Shown in pieces: positions 7,746 to 16,214 of a stretch of 32,000 bases of DNA. The translations under genes were made by a program, and so were the position numbers. Positions within the stretch are counted from its first letter, which is position 1. Every line of letters starts with the position of its first letter. The notes below the pieces were generated by a model that worked only from the letters and a program-made list of their open reading frames with translations, was not told the origin of the DNA and did no database searches. The DNA is from Kiritimatiella glycovorans (GTDB lineage Bacteria > Verrucomicrobiota > Kiritimatiellia > Kiritimatiellales > Kiritimatiellaceae), in assembly GCF_001017655.1 (NCBI RefSeq), contig NZ_CP010904.1, positions 480,001-512,000 of the forward strand, in the 5' to 3' direction.

Positions 7746-9206
7746 CTACGCCTCTTCCAGCGCCGCCCGGGCCGCATCGAGATACTGGCGCGTGATGCGC
7801 TCGTCGAGCGGCAGGGCGCGGATCTCAGGATCGAGATACGGGTCTTCGTATTGCGCGAGCATCGACTCCAGCAGGGCGTGCATGTCCTCCCGGACGTCCG
7901 CGTAATCCGGATCGTCCTTGAGGTTGTTCATCTGCCAGGGGTCGTTCTCGTTGTCGATCAGGATCCAGACGCCGTCCTCACCGTAGGCGTAGGTGTAGCG
8001 GTCGGTGCGCACCCCGCGGAAGAACGGATGCCAGTTCGGCGCGTCCGGGTCCTCCTGTTCCCGCTGGTACTGCTTCTTGTTGCTGATATGCATCATGAAC
8101 TGCGGCTTCGATTCCATGGGTTCCCGGCCCATGATGGCCGCCGAGATATCGCGCCCCTGGCAGTGGTCCGGGACGGGAATGCCCGCCATCCCGCACAGGG
8201 TGGGATAGATGTCGATGCTGCCGAACAGCGCCGGTTCGCGGCGGCCGTCCGGCACGCGCCCCGGGGCGCGGACGATGAAGGGCACGCGGATCGACTCGTC
8301 GTAGGGGATGCGTTTGCTGCCCATGCCCTGTGAACCGAACATCGATCCGTGGTCGGAGGAGTAGACGACGATCGTGTTTTCATCGATGCCCATTTCGTCG
8401 ATCAGGTCCAGCAGGCGCCCCATTTCGTCGTCGATTGCCGAAATGTGGGCGTGGTAGTGCCGGTAGATCGACCACTGTTTATCGTGGAGCCGCTCGGGCA
8501 CATTGGGCCGGAAGGGGAGCGCCTCCCGGTCGGGATACAGCGCGAGCTTGTCTTCGGGCGCATCGTCCCAGCGATAGTGGGGCGGATTCCAGGAGATCAT
8601 AAGAAAGAAGGGTCTCCCGGATCCCGCGTGGCGGCGGATGAAGTCGACCGCCTGGTCGGTCATCGCGGTGGCGTTGTAGCGCGTGCAGGTGTGGGTTTCC
8701 CCGCCGGCGTGTATCCGGTTCCACGTGGAGTCCCAGTGATCGTTGGATCCGCCCCAGTTGTAGTGTTCGTCGAATCCCGCGTAAGACTGTGAGGCTCCGA
8801 GGTGCCACTTGCCGACGTAACCGGTTGCGTAGCCCGCGGCGCCGAAGGTGTGCGCGAGGGTCTGTTCCTCCTCCTTCATCGTGCCGCTGTTTTCGAGGAT
8901 GCCGTTCGCGTACGACCAGCGTCCGGTCATGAGCAAGGCGCGGTGCGGCATGCAGATCGGGTTGTTGCTGATGCACCCGTCCATACTGACCCCTTCGGCG
9001 GCCATGCGCGCGAAGCGGGGTGTCTGAAGTTCGGGAAGCCCGGTGAACGAAAGCCCCTGCCAGCGGTGCTCGTCGCTGAAGACGTAGAGCACGTTCGGCC
9101 GCTCGTCGCGCGCCGTAAGGGCGAACATGGACGTGGGCAGCACCGCCGTCATCCCCGCCAGCCAGTCCCGCCTGCGCATTCGGATTGGGTGATTCGTGGT
9201 CTGCAT
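7746..9206 (-). CDS. Cys-type (formylglycine) sulfatase with a Tat-like signal
   Basis: Sulfatase signature CMPHRALLMTGR (C-x-P-x-R). N-terminus RMRRRDWLAGMTAVL is a twin-arginine motif. RPNVLYVFSDEH is the metal-site start. A GGGGAGAG SD lies upstream of the ATG at 9206. Confidence 0.85.
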   Translation of the reverse strand: MQTTNHPIRMRRRDWLAGMTAVLPTSMFALTARDERPNVLYVFSDEHRWQGLSFTGLPELQTPRFARMAAEGVSMDGCISNNPICMPHRALLMTGRWSYANGILENSGTMKEEEQTLAHTFGAAGYATGYVGKWHLGASQSYAGFDEHYNWGGSNDHWDSTWNRIHAGGETHTCTRYNATAMTDQAVDFIRRHAGSGRPFFLMISWNPPHYRWDDAPEDKLALYPDREALPFRPNVPERLHDKQWSIYRHYHAHISAIDDEMGRLLDLIDEMGIDENTIVVYSSDHGSMFGSQGMGSKRIPYDESIRVPFIVRAPGRVPDGRREPALFGSIDIYPTLCGMAGIPVPDHCQGRDISAAIMGREPMESKPQFMMHISNKKQYQREQEDPDAPNWHPFFRGVRTDRYTYAYGEDGVWILIDNENDPWQMNNLKDDPDYADVREDMHALLESMLAQYEDPYLDPEIRALPLDERITRQYLDAARAALEEA

Positions 9207-9287
9207 GGTGTGTGCTCTCCCCGCCCCGTACGGACGCTTTATCAGCCGATGTTTACGCGTTCAGAATATATGACCACGCTTCGGATC

Positions 9288-9310
9288 AAAATAAATATTT
9301 ATTATTATTT
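9288..9310. promoter_or_regulatory. AT-only tract containing a perfect 14-bp palindrome AATAAATATTTATT; candidate regulator site between divergent sulfatase genes
   Basis: 23 consecutive A/T bases in a roughly 65% GC genome. The palindrome is at 9290-9303. It lies in the 252-bp divergent intergenic region 9207-9458. Confidence 0.2.
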
Positions 9311-9458
9311 CGCTTTGACCTGAATTGTGCACGGGAAAGAAGTGAGGACCGCGGATAACACCGGTAGCACGGATAAATGAGGCTTTTCTGCTTGTCGCCA
9401 CGTCGACGCATAATTATCGTCATGTTGCGATCGCAGGGTTTTCCCACAGGAGGCGTGG

Positions 9459-11021
9459 ATGAAGCGCAGACATTTTCTGAGCAGGCTGGGGGCGGGGGTT
9501 GCGGTGACGGCCGCGGTCCCGGCAGGGGCGCGGGCGGCGAAGTTCAACGGGACGGGCGGCGGGGCGCGGCCGAACGTGGTGTTGATCCTGGCGGACGATC
9601 TCGGGTGGGCGGACGCCGGCTGTTACGGGTCGGACATACCCACGCCGAACATCGACCGGCTGGCACGGGAGGGTATGAAGCTCACCGACGCCTACGCGCC
9701 GAGCCCGGTCTGCTGCCCGACCCGCTACGCGATGATGAGCGGCACCTATCCCTGGCGCGCACCGCGTCATGACGAGGGGCAGCTCTGGGTCACCCATATC
9801 CATCCCTGCCTGCTCGACGGCAACCCCGGGGTGCGGATCGAGGACCCGCTCACCATGGCCGAAATGATGAAGATCGCGGGCTATCATACCGGCGCCGTGG
9901 GCAAGTGGCATCTCGGGCTGATGAACGAACAGCGCGACTGGAACGCGAAACTGGTCAACGGCCCGCTCGAGGTCGGTTTCGACTACTTCTTCGGAGACGC
10001 CTCGAACCGATTCCGGTTTTATATCGAGAATCACCATGTGGTGGGGATCACGGATACCGACGAGCGAATTACCGGCGAAGGTCGTGACCGGTCCATCCCA
10101 TCCGCGGTGCACGAGATCGATTTTGAAAAGAACGCGGCGGTGCTGAACGACAAGGCCTGCGGCTTTCTCCGCGAGGCGGCCGGACGTGAACCGTTCTTCT
10201 TCTACTACTGCCCGAACAATGTCCACACCCCGCTCACGCCGGGAGAGCGGTTCAAGGGGCGCAGTCCGTACGGGCCGTATGGAGATTTTGTCCGCGAGCT
10301 GGACTGGACGGTCGGAGAGGTTTTGCGCACGCTCGAAGAGGCCGGAGCGCTGGAGCACACGCTGGTCATATTCACCAGCGACAACGGCGGCAGAATCGAT
10401 CTCGAATCGCTGGAAAAGGGCCATCATCCCAACGACGAGCTTCTCGGCCAGAAGACCGACGTCTGGCAGGGCGGGGTGCGGGTTCCGTTTCTCGCGCGCT
10501 GGCCCGGCCGGATTCCCGCGGGGGGCAGTTCCGAGGTGCCGGTGTGCCTGACGGATATATTTTCGACCCTGGCCGCCGTGACCGGCCAGACTGTTCCTGC
10601 GGGCGAGGCGCCGGACAGTTTCAACATGCTGCCGATTCTGCAGAATGAACCGGGCACCGCACGACTGCGCGAGCGGCCGGTCGTCTTCAACTGGGGGAGC
10701 CGTTCCCTCCTGTTCGGGATTCGCCACGGGGATTGGCTCTATTATGACGGACAGGGATCAGGCGGCGTCAGTGCCGGCGAAGAACACGCCAATCATCGCC
10801 GCATGTACGCGAGCTACCAGGAGTGCGGGTTCGAGAACAGCGATATCACGCCGGAGGGCGAGATTCGCGCCGGGGCTCCGGAGGCCCAGCTGTACAACCT
10901 GGACGACGATCCCGGCCAGCACAGAAATATTGTCGTCGAACACCCCGAAAAGGCCGCGGAAATGCAGGCCCTGCTCGACCGGGTCAAGTCCGGCGCGATC
11001 GTCCGTCCCGGGTACGAGTGA
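9459..11021 (+). CDS. Cys-type (formylglycine) sulfatase with a Tat signal
   Basis: MKRRHFLSRLGAGVAVTAAVPAGARA is a Tat-type signal. Signature CCPTRYAMMSG (C-x-P-x-R). RPNVVLILADDLGW is the metal-site start. A CAGGAGG SD lies 5 nt upstream of the ATG. Confidence 0.85.
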   Translation: MKRRHFLSRLGAGVAVTAAVPAGARAAKFNGTGGGARPNVVLILADDLGWADAGCYGSDIPTPNIDRLAREGMKLTDAYAPSPVCCPTRYAMMSGTYPWRAPRHDEGQLWVTHIHPCLLDGNPGVRIEDPLTMAEMMKIAGYHTGAVGKWHLGLMNEQRDWNAKLVNGPLEVGFDYFFGDASNRFRFYIENHHVVGITDTDERITGEGRDRSIPSAVHEIDFEKNAAVLNDKACGFLREAAGREPFFFYYCPNNVHTPLTPGERFKGRSPYGPYGDFVRELDWTVGEVLRTLEEAGALEHTLVIFTSDNGGRIDLESLEKGHHPNDELLGQKTDVWQGGVRVPFLARWPGRIPAGGSSEVPVCLTDIFSTLAAVTGQTVPAGEAPDSFNMLPILQNEPGTARLRERPVVFNWGSRSLLFGIRHGDWLYYDGQGSGGVSAGEEHANHRRMYASYQECGFENSDITPEGEIRAGAPEAQLYNLDDDPGQHRNIVVEHPEKAAEMQALLDRVKSGAIVRPGYE

Positions 11022-11056
11022 GAAAGGGATCCCCCGGCGCAGGCCACACCCACAGC

Positions 11057-11092
11057 GATCCCGATTTCGACTTCGATTCGGATTTCGAGATC
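11057..11092. repeat. Degenerate hexanucleotide tract (GAYTYY-like, 6 units)
   Basis: gatccc gatttc gacttc gattcg gatttc gagatc, located 35 nt downstream of the sulfatase stop. Same unit class as the minus-strand reading (GACTCT)n of the tract at 23962-24030. Confidence 0.6.
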
Positions 11093-11267
11093 CCATCCGT
11101 GCCATTGGTGTAATCCGTGGTCGAAAACACAAGAAAGGTCTCTCGCAAAGGCGCCGGGATCGCAAAGATGAATGAGAAGAGCACGGTCAAATAAATCGTG
11201 CGTTCTTTCTTACGTTCGTAGCAGGCCCGCAGGTCCGCGCAGCGGGTCCAGGGCCGTTATCTTTCAC

Positions 11268-11300
11268 GCGCCTGGCCTGTGCCGGGGGCAGGCCAGGCGC
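11268..11300. other. Perfect 12-bp GC-rich stem-loop (GCGCCTGGCCTG / CAGGCCAGGCGC, 9-nt loop) with no U-tract
   Basis: Arms at 11268-11279 and 11289-11300 are exact reverse complements. It lies in the 386-bp intergenic region and is not followed by a T-run on either strand. Confidence 0.7.
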
Positions 11301-11345
11301 TACTACAAACGTTCGGAAGAAAAACCCTGCCGATCCTGTTCGGAC

Positions 11346-11373
11346 TTGACGAAGCCTTTTTTAGTGTTAATGT
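11346..11373 (+). promoter_or_regulatory. Candidate sigma70-type promoter (TTGACG-16-TGtTAATGT, extended -10) for the pseudopilin-like gene
   Basis: TTGACG at 11346-11351. TG at 11365-11366. TAATGT at 11368-11373. It lies about 35 nt upstream of the GTG start at 11408. Confidence 0.35.
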
Positions 11374-11407
11374 TTCGGTACGTTGAGGCTGGGAGGGCGA
11401 GTTTACA

Positions 11408-12202
11408 GTGAGCATAGTCAGGACGATGAACCGATTTAAAAAATGTCGCGGGTTTACCATGATCGAGCTGCTCGTGGTGGTGGCGATTGTCGGGATTCTG
11501 CTGACGATCCTGACACCCTTCGCGCAGGAGGCGATTTCGGAGGCCCGTTCCCAGCAGTGCAGGGGTAACCTGCGGCGGCTGGGCGAGGCGGTCTTCGCGT
11601 ACCAGATGGATCACAAAGGGTGTTTCCCCCCGCACGTGGAGAGTTGGGATCCTCAGCCCGGCATGACCAAGGGCCTCTGGTATGAATGGCTGTACGATTA
11701 TCTCGAGGTTAAACGCCACGGGCCCTGGCGGGAAGACACGCTTTCGGTGCTGAATTGCCCGGATGCCACGGACCTTAGCGGATGGGGCTGTCCGTCGTAC
11801 GGGGATAATCCCAATCTATTCGTCGGGCGCGCCGCACCGCCGGGTTCGAACGAGCCTGAGGGGCCGGACAGCGGGATCCCGCTGAGGCGGATGGCCGAAG
11901 TGAAGCGCCCGGCGAAGATCATGATGATCGTCGACTGCATGGGGCGGAACCCAGAGACGGGCGAGGCGGACCCCGAATTCGTCGGGTGGGCGTTTCACGC
12001 TAACCAGTTTACCACGACGGATCCGCCTGAATTGACTCGTCATAATGCTGCCCCGCGCCACGGTTCCGGTGAATTGATGGACTGCTGGTTTAATGCGGTC
12101 TTCTGCGACGGGCACGTGGAGAGCATCATTTTCGGCTCGCCCGATATGCAGGATCAAAGCTGGCGCGAGAGCCGCGTCAACCCCTGGTACGAAGGGGACT
12201 GA
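11408..12202 (+). CDS. Prepilin-type N-terminal cleavage/methylation domain protein, DUF1559 (H-X9-DG) family pseudopilin-like
   Basis: The leader ends KKCRG|FTMIELLVVVAIVGILLTIL, the class III signal/methylation motif. The C-terminus is FNAVFCDGHVESI. GTG at 11408 has a GGGAGGG SD 10 nt upstream; an alternative ATG is at 11426. Confidence 0.8.
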   Translation: MSIVRTMNRFKKCRGFTMIELLVVVAIVGILLTILTPFAQEAISEARSQQCRGNLRRLGEAVFAYQMDHKGCFPPHVESWDPQPGMTKGLWYEWLYDYLEVKRHGPWREDTLSVLNCPDATDLSGWGCPSYGDNPNLFVGRAAPPGSNEPEGPDSGIPLRRMAEVKRPAKIMMIVDCMGRNPETGEADPEFVGWAFHANQFTTTDPPELTRHNAAPRHGSGELMDCWFNAVFCDGHVESIIFGSPDMQDQSWRESRVNPWYEGD

Positions 12203-12291
12203 TCCCGATTCTCCCGCAACACGCTTGACAACGGGGAGGCGATTGGAATATTGAGTATCTTTTCGCCCGCAAAAAAATCGAATGGCGGGAT

Positions 12292-12316
12292 GGGGCCTGG
12301 AAGGCCCCTTTTATTT
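12292..12316 (+). terminator. Rho-independent terminator after the pseudopilin-like gene
   Basis: GGGGCCT-GGA-AGGCCCC (7-bp stem, 12292-12308) followed by TTTTATTT (12309-12316). Confidence 0.6.
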
Positions 12317-12335
12317 GTTGAGAGGACGCTGAAGG

Positions 12336-14888
12336 ATGAAGCATGTAAACGATCTGGACGGTGTATGGGGGCTGACCTGGACCGAAGGCGGGCGGCCGGC
12401 GAAGGACGCGCAGTGGATCGACGCCGCCGTGCCCGGTGATGTAAATGTTTCGCTCAGCGAAGCCGGTCTTCTGCCGCAGGATCTGTTCTATCGCACCAAC
12501 CTGCGCGAGGCCAAGTGGGTCGAGGATAAGTACTGGTGGTACCGGACGGAATTTGAACTCGAGGCCGCGCCCGGACCTTTCGCCGAGCTGGTTTTTGACG
12601 GGCTGGACCTGTTTGCAACCGTTTTCGTAAACGGAACCGAGGTGGGCAGGGCGGTCAATGCGTTCCGGGCGTTCCGGTTCGATGTGCGCGAAGCCCTGAA
12701 GGTCGGGACGAACGTGCTCGAGGTCTGTTTCGAGCCGACCCGCGGGAAGGTGCAGCAGCTTCACGAGGAATTTCCCGAGTACTGGTCGCTGTTTACTCCG
12801 GGCCGCAGCCTGGTCCGGCACGCACAGTGCCAGTTCGGATGGGACTGGGCCCCTGATGCGCTCGCCCTGGGGATCTGGCGCGGCGTACGGCTGGAGTGTT
12901 CCGACGGGCGGACGATTGAGGACGTCCGGATCGAGGCGGATGATGAGGGCGACTGCTGCGTGCGCGTCGAGGTCCGTCATCTGCGGCCGGATTCCGAGGA
13001 GGAGGCCCCCAGGGGCGTACCCGTGGCGGCGCAGACCGATTATTTCCCTCAGGGCGTACTCGAGGCGGAGCTGCGGGACGGCGACGAGGTGGTCGCGCGC
13101 GAACGCATCGAGGTCTCGGGCGTGAACAATTTTCTCTGCTTCAAGGTCGACGACCCGAAGCTGTGGTGGCCGAACGGCATGGGCGACCCGAACTGCTACA
13201 CCTGTGTGGTGCGTTTCCTGGACGCGGACGGCAAAGAGGAGCAGGACCGCGTCGAGCGCACCTTCGGGTTCCGGTCGGTATCGATCGAAGAGAAGGTCCT
13301 GGAGAAGGACCGCCAGAGCTTTACGTTCCGGGTCAACGGTCATCGCGTCTTTCTGAAAGGCGCGAACTGGGTGCCGGCGCACTGCTTTCCCGGGGTGACC
13401 CGTCCCGACGATTACGCGCGGCTCGTCGCCCGTGCCGAGGAGGCCCACTTCAACACGATTCGCATCTGGGGCGGCGGCATTTACGAAAAGGACGCGTTCT
13501 ATGACGAGTGCGACCGGCGCGGGATCATGGTCTGGCAGGACTTCGCCAACGCCTGTGCGGAAGCGCCGGACGATCACCAGGGCTTCCTCGACAACATCGT
13601 GGCCGAAGCGGAGTACCAGGTCCGGCGGCTGCGCAACCACCCCTCGGTCGTCTGCTGGTGCGGCGGCAACGAGAGTTCAAACGCGCACAATTACGAACCC
13701 GATCGCCCCGGCCGGCGGCTGATGAGCTACTACTACCGGGGCATCGTCGGCGATCTGTCACCGGCCACCCCGTACATCAGTGCTTCGCCGCACTCGAAGT
13801 CCGACCGCGGCCAGGTCCAGACCACCGGCGAGACGCACTGGTCCACGTGGCCGCGTTCGTCGGATGTGACATTCGAGTCCTTCCGCGAGCGGCTCAAGGA
13901 CATCCGCACCGTCTTCAACGGTGAGATCTGTCTGCAGGGGCCTTCGCCCATGGATTCTCAGCTCCGGTTCCTCGCCCCCGAAGACCTGTGGCCGCCGAAC
14001 GACGTCGTCGATTACCACGTCATGTATCATCCCGCCAATCCGGAGACCTACCCGCGTTACGTGACGGCGCAGGTCAGGATGGCGGAGGGGATTATCGGTC
14101 CGTGCATCGATGCCGACAGCTTTACGCGCAAGGCCATGATGGCGCACGCCGAGATGGTGCGCGAGGAACTGGGTTTCTACCGCGCGGTGAAGTGGGCCGG
14201 CAGCGGTGCGCTGCGCTGGATGTTCAACGAGTGCTGGCCGACGTCGAACTGGGCGGACGTCGATTTCTACGGCGCGCTGAAGCCTTCGTATTTCATGTGC
14301 AAGACGATGTTCGATCCGCTCGCCATTACGATCAAGCGCGTCCACGACGAATTGACCGTTCACCTGCTCAACGACACGCTCGAGGATGCCGCGGGCGAGA
14401 TCGAGTTGAGCTGCCGTGACCTGAACGGCAAGGTGCACTGGACGGAGAGCGTGGACGGGTATTCGCCCGCGAACTGCTCGATACAGGTCGCTTCAATCCC
14501 GCCCGGCCGCGTGAAGGGGCCGGATCGTTTTCTCCATGCGCGGTGGAAGACGGACGGCGGGGAGCGCACGGCGATTTTCTTCCCGACGATATTCAGGGAT
14601 GTGCCGTTCGAGGAGCCGGAGTTTGCTTGGACCTCCGATGAGCCGGAACGCGACGGGGACGGATGGCTCACGCGCGTGACCATCGAGGCGAAGAACTACT
14701 GCCGGTTCGTCTATGTCCATCTCCCGGTCGAAGAGTTGCGTGAGGCCGCGATTGAGGATAACTATTTCGATCTCATGGCCGGCGAAAAGCGAACGGTCAC
14801 GGTCCGCTCCGGTGATAAGCTCAAGAGTCTCGACGTGCGCGCCCTCGGCCGTACCGGCGACCAGTTCCCGGCGCAGGGCCCGGAATGA
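12336..14888 (+). CDS. Glycoside hydrolase family 2, beta-mannosidase-like
   Basis: The N-terminus LDGVWGLTW...AAVPGDVNVSLSEAGLLPQDLFYRTNLREAKWVEDKYWWYRTEFEL and the segments IRIWGGGIYEKDAFYDECDRRGIMVWQDF and WCGGNES (acid/base Glu) are typical of GH2 beta-mannosidases. No signal peptide is seen. Confidence 0.75.
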   Translation: MKHVNDLDGVWGLTWTEGGRPAKDAQWIDAAVPGDVNVSLSEAGLLPQDLFYRTNLREAKWVEDKYWWYRTEFELEAAPGPFAELVFDGLDLFATVFVNGTEVGRAVNAFRAFRFDVREALKVGTNVLEVCFEPTRGKVQQLHEEFPEYWSLFTPGRSLVRHAQCQFGWDWAPDALALGIWRGVRLECSDGRTIEDVRIEADDEGDCCVRVEVRHLRPDSEEEAPRGVPVAAQTDYFPQGVLEAELRDGDEVVARERIEVSGVNNFLCFKVDDPKLWWPNGMGDPNCYTCVVRFLDADGKEEQDRVERTFGFRSVSIEEKVLEKDRQSFTFRVNGHRVFLKGANWVPAHCFPGVTRPDDYARLVARAEEAHFNTIRIWGGGIYEKDAFYDECDRRGIMVWQDFANACAEAPDDHQGFLDNIVAEAEYQVRRLRNHPSVVCWCGGNESSNAHNYEPDRPGRRLMSYYYRGIVGDLSPATPYISASPHSKSDRGQVQTTGETHWSTWPRSSDVTFESFRERLKDIRTVFNGEICLQGPSPMDSQLRFLAPEDLWPPNDVVDYHVMYHPANPETYPRYVTAQVRMAEGIIGPCIDADSFTRKAMMAHAEMVREELGFYRAVKWAGSGALRWMFNECWPTSNWADVDFYGALKPSYFMCKTMFDPLAITIKRVHDELTVHLLNDTLEDAAGEIELSCRDLNGKVHWTESVDGYSPANCSIQVASIPPGRVKGPDRFLHARWKTDGGERTAIFFPTIFRDVPFEEPEFAWTSDEPERDGDGWLTRVTIEAKNYCRFVYVHLPVEELREAAIEDNYFDLMAGEKRTVTVRSGDKLKSLDVRALGRTGDQFPAQGPE

Positions 14889-14954
14889 AGTGAATAGGCT
14901 GTGCGCGCCGCGTCCATTCGCCGCACCCCGGATGCCCCGTTCTGCCGGACGGAC

Positions 14955-16001
14955 TCAGCCTGTTCCGGGCCTCGCCGGCGCCGGCCCGGTGCTGTCGCGT
15001 ACCACCAGTTCCCCGCGCATCCACGGTTCGCGCGGGTATTCATCCGGAGCCGTACCGGTGACCATCTCGTGGACCCAGCGGGCCGCGGCGTAGCCCAGGC
15101 GGCGGTTGGGCATGCGCATAACCGTCAGCGGAGGAGACAGGTACGCCGCCTCCGGGGGATCGTCGAATGTCATCAGCGAGACATCGCGCGGGACCCCCAG
15201 ACCGCAATCATCGAGCGCATGGCGGGCCCCCAGCGCGACCCGTTCGCCCATGACGAACAGCGCCGTCACATCGGGGCGCCGTTTCATCAGCCTGTGGGTC
15301 TCATGATTGCCCAGCTCCAGCCCGTCGCGCCCCCGCCGGGAGGTCACGATCAATTCGGGGTCCTCGGCCAGCCCCGCCTCTTCCAGCGCCCGACGGTAGC
15401 CCTGCAGACGGGCGCGTCCCGTCTGTGAATGGGCGGGCGTGACCAGTGTCGCGATCCTGCGGTGACCGAGCTGGAGCAGATAGCGGACCGCTTCGTAAGC
15501 CGCCTGCGTATGATCGATGCTCAGCAGACGGGTCCCCGTGTTCCGGGGATCGGTGTGGAGGCTGCAGTAGTGAAACGGCACCCGATCAAACTCCTCGTAA
15601 TACCGGCTATGCTCATCGGCGTTGAGAATCACCGCACCGTGGATATTCCGCGATCCGAGCTGGCGGAGCAGCGTGCCGCCGTTCAGTCCGGCCGTCTCGT
15701 CGCTGTACAGCGAGAATCCCAGCCCGGCCTCCCGGAGATACGCCATCATGCCCTCCATCACGGCCACCGTGTACGGAGAAAAACAACTCACTTCCGGCGA
15801 AGGCGTCTGAATCAGGGCACATATATTCGTCGTGCGCGCCGCGGTCGGCCGCGGCCTGAATCCGTACTCATGCGCCTTCCCGCAAATCCGCTGCTTGGTC
15901 TCCGGGCTGATTTCAGGCGAATTGCTCAGCGCCTTGCTCACCGTGGCTACACTTACGCCTAATTCCTCGCTGAGCGTCTTGAGTGTTACTTTGGCTGACA
16001 T
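14955..16001 (-). CDS. LacI/GalR family transcriptional regulator
   Basis: The HTH is VTLKTLSEELGVSVATVSKALSNSPEISPETKQRI, followed by a periplasmic-binding-fold effector domain. ATG at 16001 is preceded by AGGAGGAG at about 9-nt spacing. The ORF extension to 16058 runs into the AT-rich control region and is not used. Confidence 0.85.
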   Translation of the reverse strand: MSAKVTLKTLSEELGVSVATVSKALSNSPEISPETKQRICGKAHEYGFRPRPTAARTTNICALIQTPSPEVSCFSPYTVAVMEGMMAYLREAGLGFSLYSDETAGLNGGTLLRQLGSRNIHGAVILNADEHSRYYEEFDRVPFHYCSLHTDPRNTGTRLLSIDHTQAAYEAVRYLLQLGHRRIATLVTPAHSQTGRARLQGYRRALEEAGLAEDPELIVTSRRGRDGLELGNHETHRLMKRRPDVTALFVMGERVALGARHALDDCGLGVPRDVSLMTFDDPPEAAYLSPPLTVMRMPNRRLGYAAARWVHEMVTGTAPDEYPREPWMRGELVVRDSTGPAPARPGTG

Positions 16002-16020
16002 CTTCCGTACTCCTCCTCTC

Positions 16021-16135
16021 TTTCGAAAAAATAATTTTCGTATATTATAATAGGACATAAATCGAATATAGAGCTAAATATAGGATAAAATAGAATGAGG
16101 TAAGCATATTTTAATATTATATTTTCGTATTTTTG
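16021..16135. promoter_or_regulatory. AT-rich (about 20% GC) divergent control region between lacI-type regulator and SIS operon, with internal repeats
   Basis: 23 G/C in 115 nt. ATTTTCGTAT occurs twice (16034-16043 and 16121-16130), each next to a TATTATA-rich segment in mirrored order. ATAGGA is at 16050 and 16080. The near-palindrome CGAAAA-N5-TTTTCG is at 16024-16040. Confidence 0.4.
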
Positions 16136-16214
16136 CGTTGAGTTGTCTCCGGGCATCGGGCTAGGGTTTTTCCCGGCGGGGCGATCAGGGCCCCGGGAGC
16201 GGGGAGGATGATGG

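Noticed and set aside
9420-10727. 435-aa minus-strand ORF opposite the second sulfatase. Similar cases are 21885-22988, 24764-25675, 27005-27811, 28477-29616 and 30930-31676.
   Set aside because: All are antisense to genes with strong family signatures. They have low-complexity Arg/Pro/Gly-rich translations and lack SDs.
11843-11850. GGTTCGAA (T-loop-like) sequence suggesting a tRNA
   Set aside because: It lies inside the pseudopilin-like CDS, and no acceptor or anticodon stem complementarity flanks it. No tRNA-like cloverleaf was recognised by eye in any intergenic region of the window.
12177-13640. 487-aa minus-strand ORF opposite the GH2 gene
   Set aside because: It is an antisense shadow ORF. 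The plus-strand frame carries clear GH2 beta-mannosidase motifs.
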